A DNA stretch of 32,000 bases from Vibrio vulnificus CMCP6. GTDB lineage: Bacteria; Pseudomonadota; Gammaproteobacteria; Enterobacterales; Vibrionaceae. Positions 25,178 to 32,000 of the stretch are shown here, one piece after another. The notes under the pieces are model-generated. The model was given only the letters and a program-made list of their open reading frames with translations. It ran no database searches and was not told where the DNA came from. How positions within the stretch are numbered: position 1 is the stretch's first letter; every line of letters begins with the position of its first letter. The stretch lies in NCBI RefSeq assembly GCF_000039765.1, contig NC_004459.3:150001-182000 (forward strand). Reading direction: 5' to 3'. The translations under genes were made by a program, and so were the position numbers.

Positions 25178-26566
25178 ATGCCAAACCAACATCAATATTT
25201 TGGTCATCCTCGTGGCCTTTTCCTTTTGTTCGGTACTGAACTTTGGGAACGTTTTTCCTATTACGCAATGCGTGCAATTTTAGTCTTATACCTCACCGAC
25301 ACCACCATCAATGGCGGTTTGGGCTGGACCACCAAAGATGCCCTCGATCTCTATGGCACCTACACAGGATTGGTGTACATTACCCCCCTTATTGGTGGCT
25401 ACCTTGCTGACAACTATTTGGGTCAGCGTCGCTCGATCCTGATTGGTGGCGCTCTAATGGCCATTGGTCAATTTACTCTTGCCCTGCCTGCGGATGCGCT
25501 TGGTTTAGGTTCACTTCACACCTTCTACTTGGGCCTTGCTCTCCTCATCGCCGGTAACGGCTTATTTAAGCCAAATATCTCAACCATGGTGGGTGACCTA
25601 TATCAAGAAGGTGACAACCGTCGAGATGGCGCTTTCACCATTTTCTACATGGGTATCAACCTCGGTGCGTTGATCGCCGGTGTCGTGTCAGGTTCTGTGA
25701 CCACGGAATTCGGCTGGAAAGCAGGGTTTGTTGCTGCCGGTATCGGCATGCTTATTAGCTTAGTGATGCAAATGGCCCTCGCACAATCATGGCTAGGAGA
25801 TATTGGCCGTGAGCCAGCAGCAAAGCGCGATCTCGCTATTAAGAAGTCAGCCCAAAAAGAAGCCTTAACCAAAGAAGAAGTGGATCGCATCAAAGTGATC
25901 CTCGTGATGAGCTTGTTCACCATCGTATTCTGGGCTGGTTTCGAACAAGCGGGCGGCCTAATGAATATCTACACCCAACAGTATACTGACCGCATGATCG
26001 GCAGCTTTGAGATTCCTGCTGCATGGTTTCAATCATTGAACCCATTTTTCATCATCACTCTTGCGCCAGTACTTGCTGTACTGTGGGTAAAACTGGGTAA
26101 ACGTGAGCCGAATTCACCCGTTAAATTTGCTTTAGCGATGTTTTTCCTCGCACTTGGTTTCTTATGTATGGTCGGTGCCGTTGTTGAACAAAGCGGTGAT
26201 ACATCGGTAAAAACATCCATGCTATGGCTTGTTGGTGCCTTTTTCTTCCATACTCTGGGGGAACTATGTCTATCGCCAATTGGCTTATCTCTTGTCACCA
26301 AATTAGCGCCTTTGCGTCTCGCATCTTTAATGATGGGCGCTTGGTTCGGTTGTAATGCAATCGCAAACTACGTGGCGGGATACGTTGGCTCTCACGTAGG
26401 CGAGTTAGGTGCATTCGCCATCTTTAGCGGTATCGCCGTCACCGCAACCGTATCGGGTGTGATTCTGCTGCTGTTCTCAAACCAGCTTGTTCATTGGATG
26501 CACGGAGCAGAAAGTGGAAGTTCAACCGCAGAACAAATTGAAGAACAACAAGCCTTAGTTTCTTAA
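25178..26566 (+). CDS. POT/PTR2-family di-/tripeptide:proton symporter (DtpT-like)
   Basis: A 462-aa protein with the signature FGHPRGLFLLFGTELWERFSYYAMRAILVLYL and GNGLFKPNIS. No clear SD precedes the ATG. Confidence 0.88.
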   Translation: MPNQHQYFGHPRGLFLLFGTELWERFSYYAMRAILVLYLTDTTINGGLGWTTKDALDLYGTYTGLVYITPLIGGYLADNYLGQRRSILIGGALMAIGQFTLALPADALGLGSLHTFYLGLALLIAGNGLFKPNISTMVGDLYQEGDNRRDGAFTIFYMGINLGALIAGVVSGSVTTEFGWKAGFVAAGIGMLISLVMQMALAQSWLGDIGREPAAKRDLAIKKSAQKEALTKEEVDRIKVILVMSLFTIVFWAGFEQAGGLMNIYTQQYTDRMIGSFEIPAAWFQSLNPFFIITLAPVLAVLWVKLGKREPNSPVKFALAMFFLALGFLCMVGAVVEQSGDTSVKTSMLWLVGAFFFHTLGELCLSPIGLSLVTKLAPLRLASLMMGAWFGCNAIANYVAGYVGSHVGELGAFAIFSGIAVTATVSGVILLLFSNQLVHWMHGAESGSSTAEQIEEQQALVS

Positions 26567-26590
26567 TTTGTGTCTAAAGTGCAAAAGCAT

Positions 26591-26622
26591 AAAAGCGCGC
26601 CAACGATTGGCGCGCTTTTTTT
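26591..26622. terminator. Bidirectional terminator between the POT transporter and the MCP gene
   Basis: A 13-bp stem (AAAAGCGCGCCAA/TTGGCGCGCTTTT) with T-runs in both reading directions. Confidence 0.88.
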
Positions 26623-26639
26623 GTACAAACTTGGCTCGT

Positions 26640-28598
26640 TTACACTTTGAACTGTTTCAGTAGCTGGTTTACTTGTTCACCCAATCGCTTCATCGCCTGA
26701 GCGGATTCTGTGGTTTCAGACGATTGCACGAGTGTCTTCTCCGAGATATCGGACATATTGTTCACATTGACACTGACCTCATCCGACGCAATTGCCTGCT
26801 GATTCGCCGCTGTGGATATTTGCCCGATGGAATCGTTGATCTGGGTGATAAAGCCTGTGATTGAGGTCAACGCTGATTCTGCCGAGTGCACCTGCTCTGC
26901 GGTTTGCTCAGCACTTTGACGGCTCTGGTGCATCGCCTTGTTAGCCAACTCGGCTCGCTGTTGCAAACTACCGATGATGGTTTGGATTTCTTCGGTCGAC
27001 TCTTGAGTGCGCGATGCTAAAGAACGGACTTCATCCGCCACCACCGCAAATCCTCGCCCCTGCTCCCCGGCCCTTGCCGCTTCAATTGCCGCATTCAGCG
27101 CGAGCAAGTTGGTTTGCTCTGCGATACTGCGAATAACATCCAGCACCGTACCAATTTGTTCACTGTCGGCTCGAAGTTGTTCAACCGTATCTCCAGCACT
27201 GGCAATTTGCTCGTTGAGTTTTTGCATTGACTGCGTTGCTTCCATCACCACTTTTGAACCTTGCGTCGCAGAATCGGCCGTCGATTGAGAAAGATCCGCC
27301 GCCTGTTGGGCACTGGCACTCACCTCTTGTGCACTGGCTGACATTTCCGTCATCGCTGACGCAGCAACCTGTGCCTGAGATTGCTGCTCTCGCACCTCAC
27401 TTTGTGTGTCTCGCGCTTTTAATGCCAGAATCTCGGCCGCTTGCAACATCTGTGCGGCCGCTACGCTCATTTGACGAATGGTGTGCTGAAGTTTGCCAGC
27501 GAAGGTGTTGTAATGCCCGGCTAACACATCGAGTTCATCATTGCCACTGGTGGGCACGCGTATGGTGAGGTCTCCTTCTCCCTGAGCAATATCTTGTAGC
27601 ACATTGGTCGTTCTTTGTACTTTAACAATTAACGAGCGCGTGATTACAAAGGAGAACAACAAACCAATGACAATAGCAATCGCCGCGATACCATAAAGAA
27701 AGGTGATAGACTGTTCTGCATTCTCATTAGCTTGTTCTGCCGCCTGCTCCATTGAGCTAGCTATCGACTCACGAAGCGATGCGATTCGTTGTGCGACTTG
27801 CGGCCCGATCGTATCCAGCGTTTTTATCCCTTCGTTACGGGCAAAAATCAAGCTAGTGACGGAATTGGCCGCTTTTTCATACTTTGTAAACAGCGATTCT
27901 GCTTCGTTGGTCAATTGGCGACGTTGTGCGCTTTCCAACGTTGCAAGTAAGCTGCCAATCTCACTGTGTACCGCTTTAAATTCCTGATTGAATCGTTCTA
28001 CTTGTGCCTGCTGGTTTTCAACCAAGAACTTGGCGACATAAAGTCGCGCGAGCAAAAGCGATCTGAGTGCTCGTCCGGCATGATAGGCGGCAACAACATC
28101 ACCATCGGTTTTCGCGCTTTCCATGACGCTGGTGAGTCTTTTCTCTATTTGCGGACCGTCGACATTGAGCACACCATTAACCTGCTCATTTCGCATATTC
28201 ATATTGTTCACCACCACTTGAGTAAACGTGGTGAGATACTGTGCCTTTAAGCCATCAATCTCTTTAAGGATCTGTACGCGTTGTGGATTTTGTATTTCGT
28301 TATAGGCGCGATCCATAAACTGTGTCCAGCGAGACGCATTCTCTTGGAAACGAGATACAAATTGTTTATCCCCTGTCTCGATAAAGTTTTTGACCGTTAA
28401 TCTTAGTCCATAAACGCTATCGGTCATTTCTGCTGCCAACTCGGTGTCCGGCGCAAGATCGAAGGCGATCCTGTTCATATCTTTCGTCAGTGAATTCAGC
28501 AAGTTGGCACTGACCAGCACTATCACCAATAAAATTAGAATAAGAATCAGCGGTGAAAAATAGAGCTTCTTGCTAATTGAAATATTATCGAGTCCCAT
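26640..28598 (-). CDS. Methyl-accepting chemotaxis protein with a large helical periplasmic sensor domain
   Basis: The ORF-track start at 28628 is a TTG. I trimmed it to the ATG at 28598, which has a GGGAG SD 7 nt upstream. The layout is TM1, a ~260-aa periplasmic region, TM2, HAMP, then a signalling domain with the conserved tip [35 protein letters not shown]. Confidence 0.92.
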   Translation of the reverse strand: MGLDNISISKKLYFSPLILILILLVIVLVSANLLNSLTKDMNRIAFDLAPDTELAAEMTDSVYGLRLTVKNFIETGDKQFVSRFQENASRWTQFMDRAYNEIQNPQRVQILKEIDGLKAQYLTTFTQVVVNNMNMRNEQVNGVLNVDGPQIEKRLTSVMESAKTDGDVVAAYHAGRALRSLLLARLYVAKFLVENQQAQVERFNQEFKAVHSEIGSLLATLESAQRRQLTNEAESLFTKYEKAANSVTSLIFARNEGIKTLDTIGPQVAQRIASLRESIASSMEQAAEQANENAEQSITFLYGIAAIAIVIGLLFSFVITRSLIVKVQRTTNVLQDIAQGEGDLTIRVPTSGNDELDVLAGHYNTFAGKLQHTIRQMSVAAAQMLQAAEILALKARDTQSEVREQQSQAQVAASAMTEMSASAQEVSASAQQAADLSQSTADSATQGSKVVMEATQSMQKLNEQIASAGDTVEQLRADSEQIGTVLDVIRSIAEQTNLLALNAAIEAARAGEQGRGFAVVADEVRSLASRTQESTEEIQTIIGSLQQRAELANKAMHQSRQSAEQTAEQVHSAESALTSITGFITQINDSIGQISTAANQQAIASDEVSVNVNNMSDISEKTLVQSSETTESAQAMKRLGEQVNQLLKQFKV

Positions 28599-28654
28599 TG
28601 TTGACTCCCTTTTGGTTAATAACCACAAATGGCACTCTTAAAAATTAGCAGAGA

Positions 28655-28670
28655 AGTGAAAAAAGTCACA
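28655..28670. promoter_or_regulatory. CRP-like site upstream of the MCP gene
   Basis: The minus strand reads TGTGA-CTTTTT-TCACT (9/10 of the core consensus), centred 64 nt upstream of the MCP ATG. I could not fit it to standard class I or class II spacing with an obvious -10. Confidence 0.3.
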
Positions 28671-28744
28671 AAAGCCAGCAAAGGTAATAACAATAAAGTC
28701 AGAAGCTTTACGCTATTTGGCTTGGAGAAACACCGATAGTCGGC

Positions 28745-28773
28745 ATAAAAAACGCCGTGAGATTAACGGCGTT
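28745..28773 (-). terminator. hemH intrinsic terminator
   Basis: AACGCCGT-(7-nt loop)-ACGGCGTT. The minus-strand reading is followed by TTTTTTATG. Confidence 0.85.
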
Positions 28774-28802
28774 GAGGATAAGAATCTTGCAATGAGAACG
28801 CA

Positions 28803-29762
28803 TTACCGCTCTGTAACAAGCCTTGCCATCATTTCAATGTGACTTGGGGCATCGTTTAAACAAGGAATAAAACGATACTGCTCACCACCCGCATGCAGAA
28901 AGCTTTCTTGGCCTTGCTCTGAGATTTCTTCTAACGTCTCTAAACAATCAACCGAAAATGCAGGGGTTATCACATCGAGAGACTTAATGCCCTTCGCGGG
29001 CAACGATTCCAACGTTTTATCCGTATAGGGTTGCAGCCACTCTTCTCGACCAAAGCGAGATTGATAGGTGGTGCCAATTTGGGATTTGTCCAACCCTAAT
29101 TCGAGACGCAGTAACTCGGTTGTCATTTCGCAATGCAGAGGATAGACATCGCCATTATCGGCGTAGCGTTGTGGAATACCGTGATAGGAGCAAAGCAGGT
29201 AATCCCCTTTGCCTTGCACCTGCCATGATTGACGTACTGATTCAGCCAATGCTTTGATATACAAAGGGTGATCATGATAGTCACGAATAAACTGAATACT
29301 GGGTACGACAGCAACCTTACGCAACGCGTGCGCAAGTGCATCGTACGCCGCTCCCGTTGTGGTGCCTGAATACTGGGGGTACAGAGGTAAAACGCAAATC
29401 TCATCCACACCTTGAGCTTGAAGCTTGTTCACGCCATCAAGTACGCTGGGTGTGCCATAGGTCATACCAATTTCCACAGGGCAATTGAGTTTTGCCTGCA
29501 ACTCGACTTGCTGTCGCTTGCTGTACACCATTAACGGTGAGCCTTCTTTCATCCAAACGGTTTGATAAAGCTTGGCAACCTTAGGCGAACGAATAGGTAA
29601 AATGATGCCATGTAAAATAGGGCACCATAGCCAACGCGTCATATCCACTACACGCTGATCATGCAAAAACTGGCTTAAAAATCGTTTTACGGCTGGGGCC
29701 GTTGCTTCTTCGGGAGTTCCGAGATTGACTAAAAGCACTCCGCGTTTTTTTGTGTTGTTCAT
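28803..29762 (-). CDS. hemH: Ferrochelatase
   Basis: I trimmed the ORF-track start from 29813 to the ATG at 29762 ([18 protein letters not shown]). This gives 319 aa against 320 in E. coli. The gene lies downstream of adk as in E. coli. Confidence 0.92.
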   Translation of the reverse strand: MNNTKKRGVLLVNLGTPEEATAPAVKRFLSQFLHDQRVVDMTRWLWCPILHGIILPIRSPKVAKLYQTVWMKEGSPLMVYSKRQQVELQAKLNCPVEIGMTYGTPSVLDGVNKLQAQGVDEICVLPLYPQYSGTTTGAAYDALAHALRKVAVVPSIQFIRDYHDHPLYIKALAESVRQSWQVQGKGDYLLCSYHGIPQRYADNGDVYPLHCEMTTELLRLELGLDKSQIGTTYQSRFGREEWLQPYTDKTLESLPAKGIKSLDVITPAFSVDCLETLEEISEQGQESFLHAGGEQYRFIPCLNDAPSHIEMMARLVTER

Positions 29763-29882
29763 ACTTTCTCTACGATAGTGGCTGAAGGTGGTTTTACGAA
29801 AAGGTGGCGACATCGATCAGTTGTGCAACGTCATTTGAGCCATTGTGAATAATGACAAAACTAAACTGCTGATGGCCATAAT

Positions 29883-29906
29883 AAAAAAGCGACCTTAAGG
29901 TCGCTT
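29883..29906 (-). terminator. adk intrinsic terminator
   Basis: AAGCGACC-TTAA-GGTCGCTT. The minus-strand reading is followed by TTTTTTAT. A further 9-bp hairpin (29935-29955) overlaps the adk stop codon. Confidence 0.85.
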
Positions 29907-29951
29907 CACTATAACAAAATTCTGAAAACGGTTGATAATAGGTATTACCTA

Positions 29952-30623
<672 letters not shown>

Positions 30624-30678
30624 TTATACCGAAGCTCACTGCCTACTGGGCTATGCCCCACGGTAAGTTTCGGTATAA
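30624..30678 (-). other. Long-range 10-bp perfect inverted repeat enclosing a nested GC hairpin, immediately upstream of the adk SD
   Basis: TTATACCGAA (30624-30633) pairs with TTCGGTATAA (30669-30678) across 35 nt. The nested hairpin GGGC-TAT-GCCC lies at 30648-30658. Confidence 0.5.
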
Positions 30679-30692
30679 GTGTTCTTCAAATT

Positions 30693-30723
30693 GACAATAA
30701 AACAGGCGTGCACATTACACGCC
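30693..30723 (-). terminator. Terminator-like hairpin inside the htpG-adk intergenic region
   Basis: The minus strand reads (CG)GGCGTG-TAATGTG-CACGCC(TG), followed by TTTTATTGTC. It lies about 135 nt downstream of the htpG terminator and about 100 nt upstream of the adk ATG. Confidence 0.4.
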
Positions 30724-30746
30724 CGATGATTTTGTTTCAAGTCGGC

Positions 30747-30755
30747 ATTCTAACA
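30747..30755 (-). promoter_or_regulatory. Candidate extended -10 promoter (TGtTAGAAT) reading toward adk
   Basis: The reverse complement of ATTCTAACA is TGTTAGAAT, which fits TGnTAnAAT. No convincing -35 is present, which is consistent with an extended -10 promoter. Confidence 0.3.
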
Positions 30756-30859
30756 CACTATTTCTCGTTCTAGAGTCAGTTAAGACTAAAGAATGTTCAA
30801 GCTCTCACAAATCGCTTTGGAAACCATCATTTTTTTGCATGTTGAATGCCGATACATAC

Positions 30860-30885
30860 AAAAAGCCCGCAAATGCGAGCTTTTT
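30860..30885 (-). terminator. htpG intrinsic terminator
   Basis: AAAGCTCGCA/TGCGGGCTTT forms a stem with one mismatch. The minus-strand reading is followed by TTTTTGTATG, and the hairpin begins about 17 nt past the htpG stop. Confidence 0.75.
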
Positions 30886-30901
30886 GGTGATTTTAGCCTT
30901 A

Positions 30902-32000
30902 TTAGCCCTTAGTCAAAAGCGAGTTAATGGCCGTTAAGAACTGGCTAGGATCTTCCATTGAGCCACGCTCTGCAAGCATTGCTTGACCCAGTAATACCTC
31001 TACCCAGCGGCCAAACGCTTCTTCATCCGTCTCATCCGCCATTTGCTTAACAAGCGTATGATTTGGGTTGATCTCAAAAATGTACTTCACTTCAGGAACA
31101 GCCTGCCCTGCTGCCGCCAGTAGCTTCGCCATCTGTGTGCCCATTTCGAAATCATCGGTCACCACCACCGCTGGGGTATTCGCTAGCTTAAAGGTGGTAC
31201 GCACCTCTTTCACACGATCACCCAAGTAGCTCTTGGTGCGCTCAACCACGGACTGGAACTCTTGTTCCGTTTCTTTCTGCTTCTCTTTCTCTTGCTCATC
31301 TTCAAATTGGCTAAGATCAAGGCCCGCTTTCGTGATTGACTGGAACTGCTTACCATCAAACTCTGTTAGGTAGTTCATCAACCATTCGTCAATACGGTCA
31401 AACATTAAGATAACTTCAAGACCTTTGGCTTTAAACTGCTCTAGGTGAGGGCTGTTTTTCGCTGCCGCATAGCTGTCTGCTGTGAGGTAGTAGATCTTGT
31501 CTTGGCCTTCTTTCATGCGCTCAACATAAGACTCAAGAGAAACGGTCTGCTCTGCAGAGTCCACTTCTGTCGAGGCAAAGCGTAACAACGACGCCACTTT
31601 CTCGCGGTTGGCGTAATCTTCGGCTGGACCCTCCTTCATCACCAAACCAAATTCTTTCCAGAAAGTTTGGTATTTATCTGTGTCATTTTTCGCCAAGCGC
31701 TCGAGCATGGTTAAAACACGTTTAGTGCACGCACCGCGTAGCGATTGAGTCACCTTGTTGTCTTGCAAGATCTCGCGAGAGACGTTGAGCGGCAGATCGT
31801 TGGAGTCAATCAAACCGCGGACAAAACGCAAGTAAGATGGCATAAATTGCTCAGCGTCATCCATGATGAAAACGCGCTGAACATAGAGTTTAAGACCAGA
31901 TTTATGGTCACGGTTCATCATATCCCAAGGCGCTTTCGATGGAATATAAAGGAGGCTGGTATAGTCGTTTTTGCCTTCTACTCGGTTGTGACTCCAAAGT
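30902..32000 (-). CDS. htpG: Chaperone HtpG (Hsp90), C-terminal part (N-terminus lies beyond the right edge)
   Basis: The frame stays open to the window edge: ...[54 protein letters not shown]... The ORF track lists only the part from an internal Met (31921). Confidence 0.95.
   Translation of the reverse strand, partial: LWSHNRVEGKNDYTSLLYIPSKAPWDMMNRDHKSGLKLYVQRVFIMDDAEQFMPSYLRFVRGLIDSNDLPLNVSREILQDNKVTQSLRGACTKRVLTMLERLAKNDTDKYQTFWKEFGLVMKEGPAEDYANREKVASLLRFASTEVDSAEQTVSLESYVERMKEGQDKIYYLTADSYAAAKNSPHLEQFKAKGLEVILMFDRIDEWLMNYLTEFDGKQFQSITKAGLDLSQFEDEQEKEKQKETEQEFQSVVERTKSYLGDRVKEVRTTFKLANTPAVVVTDDFEMGTQMAKLLAAAGQAVPEVKYIFEINPNHTLVKQMADETDEEAFGRWVEVLLGQAMLAERGSMEDPSQFLTAINSLLTKG

Noticed and set aside
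28599-28745. A sigma28 (FliA) promoter upstream of the MCP gene.
   Set aside because: The only TAAAG on the coding strand is followed at the right distance by GTTATTAC, which matches only 3/8 positions of GCCGATAA.

Overview
This window is a core-chromosome segment of a Vibrio-like gammaproteobacterium. I call 29 protein genes, two of them cut by the window edges, and found no rRNA, tRNA, CRISPR array, transposase or integrase. Left to right the genes are: sdhA(partial)-sdhD-sdhC (-), gltA (+), ybgI/Nif3 (-), a DUF1853 protein (+), a same-strand four-gene module (-), pgm and seqA (-), ybfF (+), a small DUF2788 membrane protein and fldA (+), a DUF4442 hotdog protein (-), fur (+), glnS (-), nagE (-), nagA-nagC (+), a CPA2/RCK antiporter (+), asnB (+), rfaH (-), a POT peptide transporter (+), a methyl-accepting chemotaxis protein (-), hemH (-), adk (-) and htpG(partial) (-). 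The four-gene module runs YheO/DauR-type regulator, RidA, TcyP-like DAACS transporter, single-Cys CoADR/Nox-family flavoprotein. Several six-frame ORFs carry spurious N-terminal extensions, which I trimmed using homolog N-termini and Shine-Dalgarno spacing. Nearly every convergent or tandem junction has a clear stem-loop terminator. The backbone follows the E. coli order (asnB-nag-glnS-fur-fldA-ybfF-seqA-pgm; hemH-adk-htpG; sdh/gltA) with several lineage-specific insertions. The items most worth a second look are listed here. (1) The four-gene regulator-RidA-transporter-flavoprotein module, with a 409-bp AT-rich control region holding three copies of an 18-bp palindrome (AGTTTA-N6-TAAACT). (2) A NagC-CRP-NagC operator arrangement in the nagE/nagA divergent region, followed by an unexplained ~295-nt non-coding stretch before nagA. 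(3) A structured ~145-nt candidate leader upstream of adk. (4) An exact ArcA-box match upstream of sdhC. All functional interpretations are inference from sequence and family knowledge. I found nothing that clearly constitutes a new defence or mobile system.
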